Source of the DNA: Mesorhizobium sp.
GTDB lineage: Bacteria; Pseudomonadota; Alphaproteobacteria; Rhizobiales; Rhizobiaceae
Assembly (NCBI GenBank): GCA_040510195.1
Contig: JBEVJK010000053.1
Location: 1,289-65,288, forward strand
DNA: 64,000 nt
Reading direction: 5' to 3'
This document shows, piece after piece, positions 44,636 through 53,743 of the stretch. The notes under the pieces are model-generated. The model had not been told where the DNA came from and ran no database searches. It worked only from the letters and a program-made list of their open reading frames with translations. A program made the position numbers and the translations under genes. Positions within the stretch are counted from its first letter, which is position 1; each line of letters begins with the position of its first letter.

Positions 44636-44830
44636 TCACCGACCTCCGAATACGGCGTCCATGATCAAGAAATTGCTCGGCTGCTCGCAGAACCCGGCGT
44701 CGAAAGGCCGATGGAAGCAGCGCCCATCATAGTACGGGACGGGGATCGTCCGCATCGACTGCGGGACCGATTGGCACGCCGAAACGGTGGCAGCGGCGAT
44801 CAACAAGGCCAGGGTCGGTAGGTGCCGCAT
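44636..44830 (-). CDS. small lipoprotein (64 aa precursor), unknown function
   Basis: Signal plus lipobox (LLIAAATVSAC). GAGGAG lies 8 nt upstream of the ATG. GC3 is fairly high. The mature part has two further Cys residues. Confidence 0.5.
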   Translation of the reverse strand: MRHLPTLALLIAAATVSACQSVPQSMRTIPVPYYDGRCFHRPFDAGFCEQPSNFLIMDAVFGGR

Positions 44831-45010
44831 CGGGTTTGCTCCTCGTTGATACCGTCCAGAACGACGCTGATGGTCCCCGAAAGGTTCCTGCGCCGCCGGG
44901 CGGCAGCGACAGAAGAAGGCGAATTGATTGTCATGTCGAGAGGAGCGCGACTATCGAACGGCGCGACCTGCAGGCGCGGTAAAAAATTTCGTGCCTCGAC
45001 AGGCCTCGTC

Positions 45011-45030
45011 CCCTCCCCCGAAGCGGAGGG
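45011..45030 (-). terminator. stem-loop with UUCG tetraloop just 3' of rnpB
   Basis: Minus-strand RNA reads CCCUCC-GCUUCGGG-GGAGGG. There is no downstream U-tract, so it could be a terminator or a 3'-stability hairpin. Confidence 0.35.
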
Positions 45031-45034
45031 AAAA

Positions 45035-45432
45035 GTGCCAGCTGGCCTGTAAGCCGGGTTCTGTATGGCCTGGCGCCGAAGCGCCGCGACGTGGCGGCCA
45101 TTCCTCTTGGGCGCGGATTGCTCCGTCGCCTCACGCAACCAACCCGGGCGGCGGGCCAGAAACTGCCCCGAGGGTCGCCCCTCGCGCCGCCCCTATTCGG
45201 TCTTGCTCCCGGTGGGGTTTGCCATGCCGCTCCTGTTGCCAGTCGCGCGGTGGGCTCTTACCCCACCTTTTCACCCTTGCCACGAAGTTCGTGGCGGTTT
45301 GGTCTCTGTGGCACTTTCCCTGGGGTCGCCCCCGCCGGCGGTTAGCCGGCACCGTGTTTCCATGGAGCCCGGACTTTCCTCACCCGCGGCCTTTCGGCCG
45401 GTGCGGGTGCGGCCGCCCGGCCAGCTGGCAGG
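45035..45432 (-). ncRNA. rnpB: RNase P RNA, bacterial type A
   Basis: The minus strand carries the universally conserved GGTGAGGAAAGTCCGGGCTCCATGG (complement of ~45361-45385). It also carries the 3' P4 strand ACAGAACCCGGCTTAC (complement of 45049-45064), GGTAAGAGCCCACC, and a P1 helix GCCAGCTGGCC pairing both ends. Ends are +/- a few nt. Confidence 0.9.
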
Positions 45433-45435
45433 CCG

Positions 45436-45464
45436 TATAAAGGGACTCGCCCAGCGAAATGCAA
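45436..45464 (-). promoter_or_regulatory. rnpB promoter candidate TTGCAT-N17-TTTATA
   Basis: Minus-strand hexamers are the complements of 45459-45464 and 45436-45441. The -10 element ends ~6 nt before the inferred mature 5' end. Confidence 0.4.
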
Positions 45465-45467
45465 ACG

Positions 45468-45490
45468 AAAAAGCCCGCCGGAAGGCGGGC
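45468..45490 (-). terminator. Rho-independent terminator of the SLT-domain gene
   Basis: Minus strand reads GCCCGCC-TTCC-GGCGGGC followed by TTTTT. It starts 26 nt after the stop at 45516. Confidence 0.7.
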
Positions 45491-45515
45491 CTTCGCTTGT
45501 GAACGGCGTGTCCGG

Positions 45516-46385
45516 TCAGATGCCGGCCAGATGCTGCTTCACTTTGGAGCAGTAGGCGGCCGAGATCGGGTTCATGCGCGTGGCCGCATGGCCGGCATTG
45601 TATCTGAGGATGGTGCCGCAGGTGGCGCCGCCGCTCAGCTTGTGGGCCATGGCGAGGTATTTGATGCCGAACTTGATGTTGGCCTCCGGGTCGTAGAGGC
45701 CCTGGATGGAGCCGGTGTAGCCCATCATGCGCGCCGTGTCCGGCTTGATCTGCATCAGTCCGATCTCGCCAGCGTTGCCGAGAGCATCAACTCGGTAGTT
45801 GCTCTCCACCCGAATCACCGCGTGGGCAAGCTGCTCGGGAACCCCGTAGGAGGCCGCATAGCGGCTGACGATCGCTCCGTAGCGGACGGCAGGCACCGCA
45901 CCGGCGGCGGAAGCCGCCACCATCTTGGTCGAGGCGGGCGCGAGCTCGAGCGGCTTGTCGTCGACGCCGGGCAACATGGAGGCCTGCAGGCGTGCACGGG
46001 CGGCAAGCTTCGGCCGCGGGCTCTTGGAAACCGAGGCCGTCTTGATGGCATCGACCTTGGGCTTTCTCGCCGGGCTCGCCATCTTCTTCTTCGCGGTCGG
46101 CTTCGGGGCCAGGGCAGCGGTCTTGCGCTTGGCAGGCACGGCAGGCGTTTCGGCGACGGCTGCCGTCCGGGCTTCCCCGGCGCGCGGTGACAAGGCCTTG
46201 GCTCCGGCTGAAGCGGCTTTCTTGTCCGAGGGCGCCCCGCAGCCCATCAGATAAGGACAGGCGCCCCCCTTCTTCGTTGCCGCCGCCTTGACCATCGGCC
46301 GGTCGCCGCCACGCGGCTGGGCTACGGCAGCAAAAGTCGTCATGCCGGCGGCCAGAGCGGCCACCGCAACCGTAATTTTTTTCAT
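45516..46385 (-). CDS. lytic transglycosylase (SLT domain) with basic Ala/Lys/Pro-rich N-terminal region
   Basis: Signal MKKITVAVAALAAGMTTFAAVA. SLT catalytic region VIRVESNYRVDALGNAGEIGLMQI. Start trimmed to ATG 46385. Confidence 0.85.
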   Translation of the reverse strand: MKKITVAVAALAAGMTTFAAVAQPRGGDRPMVKAAATKKGGACPYLMGCGAPSDKKAASAGAKALSPRAGEARTAAVAETPAVPAKRKTAALAPKPTAKKKMASPARKPKVDAIKTASVSKSPRPKLAARARLQASMLPGVDDKPLELAPASTKMVAASAAGAVPAVRYGAIVSRYAASYGVPEQLAHAVIRVESNYRVDALGNAGEIGLMQIKPDTARMMGYTGSIQGLYDPEANIKFGIKYLAMAHKLSGGATCGTILRYNAGHAATRMNPISAAYCSKVKQHLAGI

Positions 46386-46513
46386 GTATTCCCGCTTCTC
46401 TTCTAAAGCCGCTTCGCGAATGCGTGCGGAGGTTTTTCTTTGAACTCCGGGCCTAGGACCACCGTTGACTGAACAGGTGGCGCTGTGGCCCCGGATCTTG
46501 CGCCAAACAGGGC

Positions 46514-46546
46514 AACCCAAGTCACATTGGGTTACGTGCTGTAACC
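46514..46546 (-). terminator. two overlapping hairpins after the amidase gene (AACCCAA/TTGGGTT and GGTTAC/GTAACC)
   Basis: Begins ~24 nt after the 46570 stop. The T-tract is weak (gccctgtttgg on the minus strand). Confidence 0.35.
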
Positions 46547-46569
46547 ACGCCGCTGACAGCGGAGGTGAC

Positions 46570-47334
46570 TCAAACGAGACTCTCGGGCAAACTTTCCAGA
46601 AGGTTCCGCAACGTAAGCACGGTCGAGCCGTCGGCGATGCCGTCGACGGAGCTTTGCCGGAAGTGGCGCTGGAAGGCCTCGACGACCTGGGTCGTCTGGC
46701 GGTCGAAATTACCGTTGATCTCAACGCCGTAGCCGTAGACCGCGAGCATGGACTGGAGCGATTCGACGGCCTCGCCGCGGTCGCCCTCGGCCAGGAACGC
46801 ACCGCCCTGCGGCGGCGCCGGCGGCACGAAATGCCCGACGCCGGCCGCCGCGAGCTCGGACCAGGGGAACCGCTCGCCGGGGTCCACCTTGCGACCAGGT
46901 GCCACATCCGAATGCGCCAGGACGCCTTCAGGACGGACGCCATGTCGCTCGGCGATGCCGCGGCAGAGCGCGATCACCGTCGCGACTTGCGCCCGGGTGA
47001 AATCGCGATAGCCGAAGGCATGGCCGGGGTTCACCACCTCGATGCCGATCGACAGCGAGTTGACGTCGCGCTCGCCGCGCCACGAGCTGCGGCCGGCGTG
47101 CCAGGCGCGATCGGCCTCCCGCACCATCTGGGTGATCCGCCCGTCCTCGTGCACGAGGTAGTGGGACGACACTTCGCTGATCGGGTCGCAGAGCCAGGCT
47201 TCGGCCGCCTCGCCGGTCTCCATGCCAGTGTAGTGAAGGACGATCAGCTCCGGCCGGACCGCCTCGCGACGCATGCCGAAATTGGGCGAAACGCGCACCT
47301 CGGCACCGGGATGGTCGGGGGCGAAGCCTGTCAT
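46570..47334 (-). CDS. N-acetylmuramoyl-L-alanine amidase (AmpD/Amidase_2 type) with C-terminal peptidoglycan-binding domain
   Basis: Contains LHYTGM, SSHYLVHEDG, AWHAG and LAHSDVAPGRKVDPG, plus a PG_binding_1-like tail (VESLQSMLAVYGY..NGNFD). Confidence 0.88.
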   Translation of the reverse strand: MTGFAPDHPGAEVRVSPNFGMRREAVRPELIVLHYTGMETGEAAEAWLCDPISEVSSHYLVHEDGRITQMVREADRAWHAGRSSWRGERDVNSLSIGIEVVNPGHAFGYRDFTRAQVATVIALCRGIAERHGVRPEGVLAHSDVAPGRKVDPGERFPWSELAAAGVGHFVPPAPPQGGAFLAEGDRGEAVESLQSMLAVYGYGVEINGNFDRQTTQVVEAFQRHFRQSSVDGIADGSTVLTLRNLLESLPESLV

Positions 47335-48050
47335 GCCGCCCTGAGGCCCTTCTCGATCAGCTCGTAGGCGGCATTGATGGCGGCAAGCCGCGAAGTGGCG
47401 ATGGCGATGAACTCCTGGGGCAGGCCGCGGGCGATCAGGCGGTCGGGATGGTTGCTGGCCACCAGGCGCCGATAGTGTCGCCGCACCTCGTCGAGCGGCG
47501 CGTTGCGCGCCACGCCCAGCACGCGATAGGGGTCGGCCTCGCCGAGGTCCAGATGGCGCGCCACGATCTGTTCGTAGTGTGCCTCGTCGATCCTGAAGAT
47601 GTCGGCGATGCGCCTGAGGAACGTTCCCTCCCGTTCATGCAGCACTCCGTCGGCCTTGGCGATGTGGAACAATCCGTCCAGGATGTCTTCCAGGATGCCG
47701 CAATTGACTCGGCCCGAGCCGCAGAGTCCGGCCATCCGCGCCGCATAGGATTCGAAGCCGGCGACATCGGCCTTGGCCAGGTCGTAGAGGCGGGCGACGT
47801 TGCGAGCTTCCTCCGGCGGCACCTCGAAAATCTCCCGAAAGGCGCTAATCTCGGCCTGCGAAACGACGCCGTCCGCCTTTGCCATCTTGGCCGAAAGCGC
47901 GATCATGGCCACGGAGAAGGCGACCCGACGCCTGAGGTCGGGATCGCCGGCGAACATCGTGCGCACTCCCTCGACGAGATCGCTGGCGCCGATTCGCGCC
48001 GCACCCGAGACTCGCGCTACGAACTCGCCTATTCGCTGCCAGATGGACAT
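47331..48050 (-). CDS. djlA: DjlA-like co-chaperone (TerB-like domain + C-terminal J domain)
   Basis: J domain DPYRVLGVARNAPLDEVRRHYRRLVASNHPD, preceded by tellurite-resistance TerB-like repeats. ATGA overlap with the amidase start. Confidence 0.8.
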   Translation of the reverse strand: MSIWQRIGEFVARVSGAARIGASDLVEGVRTMFAGDPDLRRRVAFSVAMIALSAKMAKADGVVSQAEISAFREIFEVPPEEARNVARLYDLAKADVAGFESYAARMAGLCGSGRVNCGILEDILDGLFHIAKADGVLHEREGTFLRRIADIFRIDEAHYEQIVARHLDLGEADPYRVLGVARNAPLDEVRRHYRRLVASNHPDRLIARGLPQEFIAIATSRLAAINAAYELIEKGLRAA

Positions 48051-48154
48051 GGCCGCTTTCTAAGGCGAAAGCCGCGCCAAGGCGAGACGGCTTGTTGCCA
48101 CGGCCGACGCCGCTCGCGAAAGAGCAGCGCCGGCGCGCGAGGCGGTGGCAGCGT

Positions 48155-48331
48155 CTATTGCTGCGCGGGCTCGGCCGGCTTGGCCGGCTCGGCCGGGGCG
48201 GTTGCCGGCGGCTGCGCGGGCTGCGTCTCCGTTGTCGCCGGCGGGGTGGTCCCTTCCGACTTGTTGTCGCTGCAGGCGGCCAGTGCCAGGAACGCGATAC
48301 TCGAAACGCACACAAGAACAAGTTTCCTCAT
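48155..48331 (-). CDS. small Pro/Ala-rich lipoprotein (58 aa), below the ORF-track length cutoff
   Basis: Manual translation gives MRKLVLVCVSSIAFLALAACSDNKSEGTTPPATTETQPAQPPATAPAEPAKPAEPAQQ*. Lipobox LAAC. AAGGAGGA lies 6 nt upstream of the ATG. Confidence 0.6.
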   Translation of the reverse strand: MRKLVLVCVSSIAFLALAACSDNKSEGTTPPATTETQPAQPPATAPAEPAKPAEPAQQ

Positions 48332-48480
48332 CGGATCCTCCTTGTCTTCAGCGCAAGCCGTCCCTGGTGCGGCCCGCCACGTTTACCATAGCATCGGCCG
48401 CCGCCGATTGCGGCGTCACTTCCACTAACCGGGCTTAACATTGCGTGCTTAAACGGTTTTCCGACGGCTCGGCTCAAGCG

Positions 48481-49002
48481 TCAAAGGCTGGCGGCCGCGC
48501 GCGCCGCCTGGTCGTACTGGCCCGACAGGGCGCGCAGCAGCCGCGCCACGTCGCTGACGGCCGCCTCGTCGAAGCCGAGGTCGCGAATGCTCCTGACCAG
48601 CAACGCCTCCCGCAGCTCGCGGTAGCGGCGGCAGGCCGTCGCGCCCGCCTCGGTGGTCGCAACGGCCTTTTCCTTGCCACGCCGGCCGGTCGCGACCAGC
48701 CCGAGGCCTTGCAGCTTCTTCAGCGCGTACGCCACCACATGCGTATCCTCGATGTTGAGCATCATGCAGAGGTCGGAGAGCGTCTTGTCGCGGTCCCGAT
48801 GGTTGACCGCATGCAGGATCAGCACGTCGACCGCCGCCAGCCCCGGATGGCCGGCGGCCGCCATGCAGCGGACGATCCATCGCTGGAAGCCGTTGCCGAG
48901 CACGGTAAGGGAGAATTCGATCTCAGAGAGCGCCGGCATCGCGCCATCGGCGAGATGCGCGGCAGACACCACGGGGCCCACCGGCTCGGGCTGGACGGTC
49001 AT
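48481..49002 (-). CDS. winged-helix (MarR-like) DNA-binding protein
   Basis: 173-aa ORF with a wHTH core (LSDLCMMLNIEDTHVVAYALKKLQGLGLVATGRRGKEK). GAGGAG lies 8 nt upstream. Divergent from the oxoprolinase gene. Confidence 0.75.
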   Translation of the reverse strand: MTVQPEPVGPVVSAAHLADGAMPALSEIEFSLTVLGNGFQRWIVRCMAAAGHPGLAAVDVLILHAVNHRDRDKTLSDLCMMLNIEDTHVVAYALKKLQGLGLVATGRRGKEKAVATTEAGATACRRYRELREALLVRSIRDLGFDEAAVSDVARLLRALSGQYDQAARAAASL

Positions 49003-49013
49003 TACATCGCTCC

Positions 49014-49057
49014 TCGATAAAACGTCGATAAAGTGTCGACAAACTCTCGTAAAGTCT
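49014..49057. promoter_or_regulatory. four tandem 11-bp direct repeats (TCGATAAAACG TCGATAAAGTG TCGACAAACTC TCGTAAAGTCT), candidate operator
   Basis: Read directly from the sequence. The array starts 12 bp upstream of the wHTH start codon and ends ~45 bp before the oxoprolinase start. Confidence 0.5.
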
Positions 49058-49100
49058 ATAAGCGTTGTGGCAAGCGATGTCCATGCGGAACGGAACGGCG

Positions 49101-52100
49101 ATGGCGACGAAGTGGGATTTCTGGATCGATCGGGGCGGCACCTTCACCGACGTCATCGGCCGCGACCCGCAAGGGCGCCTGCATCCGCGCAAGCTGCTCT
49201 CGGAGAACCCCGAGGCGTATCGCGACGCCGCCATCCACGGCATCCGCGAGCTGCTCGGCGTGGCGGACGGTGAGGCGATCCCGGCGGGCGCGATCGGCGA
49301 CATCAAGATGGGCACGACCGTGGCGACGAATGCGCTGCTGGAGCGCAAGGGCGACCGGGTGCTGCTTCTCATCACGCGCGGCTTCCGGGACGCGCTGCGA
49401 ATCGCCTACCAGGCGCGGCCGGAGATCTTCGCCAAGGAAATCCTGCTGCCCGAGTTGCTCTACGAGCGGGTGATCGAGGTCGATGAGCGGGTGCGGGCAG
49501 ATGGAACGGTCGAGACGCCGCTCGACCTCGCCGGCATCGAGCCGGCGATCGAGCAAGCCAAGGCCGACGGCATAGACGCAGTCGCCATCGTGTTCATGCA
49601 TGCCTGGAAGTTCTCGGCCCACGAGGAGGTCGTGGCCGGCCTGTGCCGCGACATGGGCTTTGCCCAGGTCTCGGTCAGCCATGAGGTATCGCCGCTGGTC
49701 AAGCTGGTCGGCCGCGGCGATACGACGGTGGTCGACGCCTATCTGTCGCCGATCCTGTCCCGCTATGTGCGCCAGGTGGCCGAAGCGCTCGGCATGAAAA
49801 CCGGAGCGATGCAGGCCGAGGCGCCGCGGCTGATGTTCATGATGTCTTCGGGCGGGCTGACTGCGGCGGATCTCTTCCAGGGCAAGGACGCGCTGCTTTC
49901 GGGGCCGGCCGGCGGGGTGGTCGGCATGGTGGAGACGGCAAGGCTCGCCGGCTTCGACAAGGTGATCGGCTTCGACATGGGCGGCACCTCGACCGACGTC
50001 GCCCACTATGACGGCGACTATGAGAGGGCCTTCGACACCGAGGTGGCGGGGGTGCGCGTGCGGGCGCCGATGATGCGCATCCACACGGTGGCGGCCGGCG
50101 GCGGGTCGGTCCTGCACTTCGAGGCCGGGCGGTTCCGCGCCGGTCCGGATTCGGCGGGCGCCAATCCCGGGCCTGCCTGCTACCGGCGCGGCGGCCCGCT
50201 GGCGGTCACGGACGCCAACCTCATGCTCGGCAAGCTGCAGCCCGACTTCTTCCCGGCGATCTTCGGGCCCGGCCAGGACGAGCCGCTCGACATTGCGGTC
50301 GTCCGAGAAGCGTTCGCGGCGCTCGCCGCCGAGATCGGCGACGGCCGCAGCCCGGAAGCGGTGGCGGAAGGCTTCATCACCATCGCCGTGGAGAACATGG
50401 CCAACGCCATCAAGAAGATCTCGGTGCAGCGCGGCTACGACGTCACCGAGTACCTGCTCAACTGCTTCGGCGGGGCCGGCGGCCAGCATGCCTGCCTCGT
50501 GGCCGACGCGCTGGGCATGGAGGCGGTTCTCATCCATCCGTTCTCTGGCCTGCTTTCGGCCTATGGCATCGGGCTTTCCTCGGTGTTCGCTTCGCGCCAG
50601 CAGGCACTGATCCAGCCGCTCGCCGAGACGTCCGTGCCGGCCATGTCGAGGCTGATCGGCGAACTCGCCGCAGCCGTCCTGAAAGAGCTTGGCGAGCAAG
50701 GGATCGGCGAGGGCGACACGACACTCAGGCCTATCCTGCACATTCGCTACGACGGCACCGACACGGCGTTGCCGGTGCCCTTGCAGGGCGAGGACATCGG
50801 ACGGGCCAGGCGCGACTTCGAGGAGGCGCACAAGGCACAGTTCGGCTTCATCTACGACGACAAGCCGATGATCATCGAGGCGGTTGCCGTCGAGGGCGTG
50901 GACAGGCGCCGCCACGGCCGAGACGAGGAGGACAGGCCGCTCGCTCCCGGCGCGGCGGAGGCCGGCGACAGCAGGCGGATCTTCTGCGAAGGCCGCTGGC
51001 AGGCGGCCGGCATCCACCGGCGGGAGGGCCTCACGCCGGGACAGCGGATCGCCGGGCCGGCCCTCATCATCGAAAGCCACCAGACGATCGTGGTCGAGCC
51101 CGGCTGGCAGGCGGAGATCACCGCCAAGGACCATGTGCTGCTGCGCCGCCCGTACAAGAAGCGGCGCCAGGCGGCGCTCGGAACTGAGGCAGACCCGGTG
51201 ATGCTGGAGGTGTTCAACAACCTCTTCATGTCGATCGCCGAACAGATGGGCGTGACGCTGCAGAACACGGCCTACTCGGTCAACATCAAGGAAAGGCTCG
51301 ACTTTTCCTGCGCGGTGTTCGACCGCGACGGGGCGCTGGTGGCCAACGCCCCCCACATGCCCGTGCATCTCGGCTCGATGGACCGCTCGGTCGAGACGAT
51401 CATCCGGTTGAATGCCGGCGACATCCACCCCGGCGACGTCTTTGCGCTCAACGCGCCCTACAACGGCGGTACGCACCTGCCGGACATCACCGTCGTGACG
51501 CCGGTCTTCGACGAAGCCGGGGGCGGCATCCTGTTCTATGTCGCATCGCGCGGACACCATGCCGATGTGGGCGGGACTGCGCCGGGATCGATGACGCCGC
51601 TCGCCACCACCGTCGACGAGGAGGGGGTGCTGTTCGACAATTTCCGCATTGTCGCCCGCGGCCGGTTCCGCGAAGCGGAGCTCCATGAGCTGTTGACCGA
51701 CCACCCCTACCCTGCCCGCAACCCGCATCAGAACATCGCGGACCTCAAGGCGCAGATCGCCGCCAACGAAAAGGGCGTGGCCGAGCTGCGAAAGATGGTG
51801 GCTCATTTCGGGCTGGACGTGGTCAACGCCTATATGGGCCACGTGCAGGACAATGCCGCCGAAAGCGTGCGCCGCGTGCTGGACCGGTTGCCGGACGTAG
51901 CCGAGTACGCCTACCCGACGGACACCGGCCAGATCATCAAGGTGCGGATCTCGGTCGATCGCGCGAGGCGGCAGGCGACCGTCGACTTCACCGGCACCTC
52001 GCCGGTGATGAAGAACAACTTCAACGCGCCGGAACCGGTGGCACGCGCCGCAGTGCTCTATGCCTTCCGGGTGATGGTCGAGGGCCAGATCCCGATGAAC

Positions 52101-52784
52101 GCCGGCTGCCTGAGGCCGATCGACATCGTCATCCCCGACGGCTCGATGCTGAAGCCTGCCTATCCGGCTGCCGTGGTGGCGGGCAACGTGGAGACATCGC
52201 AACACGTGACCAACGCGCTGTTCGGCGCGATGGGCGCGCTTGCCAACGCCCAGGGCACGATGAACAACCTGACCTTCGGCAACGCCACCTACCAGTATTA
52301 TGAGACCATCTGCTCGGGCTCGCCGGCGGGGCGGATGAATTCGGGCCGGGGCTTTGACGGCACCTCGGGCGTGCACACCCACATGACCAACTCGCGCCTG
52401 ACCGACCCGGAGATCCTCGAACTCCGATTTCCGGTCCTGCTCGAGGACTTCCACATCCGCGCCGGGTCGGGCGGCAAGGGCCGCTGGAGCGCCGGCGACG
52501 GCACCCGCCGCACGATCCGCTTCCTGGAGCGAATGGAATGCGCCATCCTGTCGTCGCATCGCAGCCGGCCGCCTCGCGGCGCGGCAGGTGGGGGCGACGG
52601 TGACGTCGGAACGACGCAAGTCCGACGCAAGGACGGGCGGCTGGAAACGCTCAAGGCCTGCGACCAGACGGTCCTCGATGCCGGGGAAGCGGTGATCGTG
52701 ACGACGCCGACAGCAGGAGGGTTCGGCGAGGTTGGCTACCCGCCGGAGGATGCCGCGCTCAACGAGAAGTATTCGCGCAGATAG
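49101..52784 (+). CDS. fused hydantoinase A/B family protein (ATP-dependent 5-oxoprolinase-like)
   Basis: Opening [15 protein letters not shown], with N-terminal HyuA-like and C-terminal HyuB-like halves in one ORF. Start chosen at ATG 49101; the track uses TTG 49065. Confidence 0.9.
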   Translation: MATKWDFWIDRGGTFTDVIGRDPQGRLHPRKLLSENPEAYRDAAIHGIRELLGVADGEAIPAGAIGDIKMGTTVATNALLERKGDRVLLLITRGFRDALRIAYQARPEIFAKEILLPELLYERVIEVDERVRADGTVETPLDLAGIEPAIEQAKADGIDAVAIVFMHAWKFSAHEEVVAGLCRDMGFAQVSVSHEVSPLVKLVGRGDTTVVDAYLSPILSRYVRQVAEALGMKTGAMQAEAPRLMFMMSSGGLTAADLFQGKDALLSGPAGGVVGMVETARLAGFDKVIGFDMGGTSTDVAHYDGDYERAFDTEVAGVRVRAPMMRIHTVAAGGGSVLHFEAGRFRAGPDSAGANPGPACYRRGGPLAVTDANLMLGKLQPDFFPAIFGPGQDEPLDIAVVREAFAALAAEIGDGRSPEAVAEGFITIAVENMANAIKKISVQRGYDVTEYLLNCFGGAGGQHACLVADALGMEAVLIHPFSGLLSAYGIGLSSVFASRQQALIQPLAETSVPAMSRLIGELAAAVLKELGEQGIGEGDTTLRPILHIRYDGTDTALPVPLQGEDIGRARRDFEEAHKAQFGFIYDDKPMIIEAVAVEGVDRRRHGRDEEDRPLAPGAAEAGDSRRIFCEGRWQAAGIHRREGLTPGQRIAGPALIIESHQTIVVEPGWQAEITAKDHVLLRRPYKKRRQAALGTEADPVMLEVFNNLFMSIAEQMGVTLQNTAYSVNIKERLDFSCAVFDRDGALVANAPHMPVHLGSMDRSVETIIRLNAGDIHPGDVFALNAPYNGGTHLPDITVVTPVFDEAGGGILFYVASRGHHADVGGTAPGSMTPLATTVDEEGVLFDNFRIVARGRFREAELHELLTDHPYPARNPHQNIADLKAQIAANEKGVAELRKMVAHFGLDVVNAYMGHVQDNAAESVRRVLDRLPDVAEYAYPTDTGQIIKVRISVDRARRQATVDFTGTSPVMKNNFNAPEPVARAAVLYAFRVMVEGQIPMNAGCLRPIDIVIPDGSMLKPAYPAAVVAGNVETSQHVTNALFGAMGALANAQGTMNNLTFGNATYQYYETICSGSPAGRMNSGRGFDGTSGVHTHMTNSRLTDPEILELRFPVLLEDFHIRAGSGGKGRWSAGDGTRRTIRFLERMECAILSSHRSRPPRGAAGGGDGDVGTTQVRRKDGRLETLKACDQTVLDAGEAVIVTTPTAGGFGEVGYPPEDAALNEKYSRR

Positions 52785-53743
52785 ATCTCGGACGAGCGGT
52801 CCATCGAGAGCGCGGCGGCAACGAAGGCGCGCGGCCGATAGTCGACCTCGCGCTCCAGGATGCGATCGAGCGCGGCGTCGAAGCCGGCCAGAGTTTGAAA
52901 CGTCTCGCCGCATGCATCCGAGAAGAAGGGGACCGAGCTCGCCGGGATGGTGCTGGTGCCCGCGAGTTTCCACAGCGGATCGGCCCAGATGCCGAAGTCC
53001 CAGGCGAGGACGGGCACGTTGGACGCCAGCGCTTCCTGATAGGCCAGGCCCTGGGTCTCGTGCTCGCACAGGAAAAGCATGAAACGAGATCGCCGCAGCA
53101 GGTTCTCGTAGGTCGCATGATCGTGCAGCCCGTAGCGAAGCTCGGCGATTCGAAGGTTTCTTGCGGCAATCTTCTCCCTCAGCTTTTCCAGAAGACCGGG
53201 AACCAGGACGTAGCGATCCCAGCGGATCTTGTCGTAGACGAGAACGTCTATGTCCTTGGCCAGTCCACGCGTGTCGTCCCAGCGGTTGATGTCGATGCCG
53301 GCGAACCATGAGGCGAGCGTGTCGCCGTAGGCCGGCTCGAACATGGCCCGCATCCAATCGGCAAGCACGAGGTACTTCCTGAACCGCGGATCTTCCATCA
53401 GGCGCGGAGCCTGCAGCGGGTGATCGTAGAGCGACCGCCCGAGCAGCGCCGGATTGGGCAGCGACCAGCCTTCGAGAAGCGACGTGTCGCCGACGAGGCC
53501 GACCGGGTGGTCGGGATGCTGCCGCGCATACGCTTCATCGTTGATCCTGACCTCGACACCACGTCTTCGTAGGGAGGTCACGAGCAGGCCGAACGATACG
53601 TCGAAGCCCGAAAGTTTCTGTCGCCGATGGAGCTTCTGGAACAGCGGCCGGAGAAGCGGCTTCAAGTGGCGGTCGAAGCGCACGAACTTGTCTCGCTCGC
53701 GCTTGCGGTAGAACAAGAGAACCAAGCCGGGTCGCGCTGCCAC
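52736..53743 (-). CDS. putative glycosyltransferase (GT-B/GT4-like C-terminal half), function unknown
   Basis: 335-aa [27 protein letters not shown] resembles the GT4 E-x7-E nucleotide-sugar motif region. The N-terminal half is not recognised. GC looks lower by eye. Confidence 0.55.
   Translation of the reverse strand: MAARPGLVLLFYRKRERDKFVRFDRHLKPLLRPLFQKLHRRQKLSGFDVSFGLLVTSLRRRGVEVRINDEAYARQHPDHPVGLVGDTSLLEGWSLPNPALLGRSLYDHPLQAPRLMEDPRFRKYLVLADWMRAMFEPAYGDTLASWFAGIDINRWDDTRGLAKDIDVLVYDKIRWDRYVLVPGLLEKLREKIAARNLRIAELRYGLHDHATYENLLRRSRFMLFLCEHETQGLAYQEALASNVPVLAWDFGIWADPLWKLAGTSTIPASSVPFFSDACGETFQTLAGFDAALDRILEREVDYRPRAFVAAALSMDRSSEIYLREYFSLSAASSGG

Noticed and set aside
44961-44989. Near-palindrome GCGCGACCTGCAGGCGCGG followed by A6T3, between rnpB and the small lipoprotein gene
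   Set aside because: For minus-strand transcripts the T-run precedes rather than follows the stem. There is no plus-strand gene for it to terminate. I could not assign a function, so it is noted only as an unexplained palindrome.
44800-45502. Six overlapping 67-170-aa ORFs on both strands
   Set aside because: They lie over the RNase P RNA gene and its flanks. The structured-RNA signature explains the region better than any of these Arg/Pro-rich translations.
48435-48452. TTAA-N10-TTAA upstream of the 58-codon lipoprotein gene as a CtrA site
   Set aside because: The spacer is 10 nt, not 7, so it does not fit the CtrA full-site geometry. It could at most be two isolated half-sites.
49056-53357. 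1433-aa minus-strand ORF, the longest in the track
   Set aside because: It is antisense to the fused hydantoinase/oxoprolinase gene for most of its length. The sequence is a low-complexity R/A/G/H/D-rich translation. Only its last part overlaps the frame region of the real glycosyltransferase-like gene, which is in a different frame.
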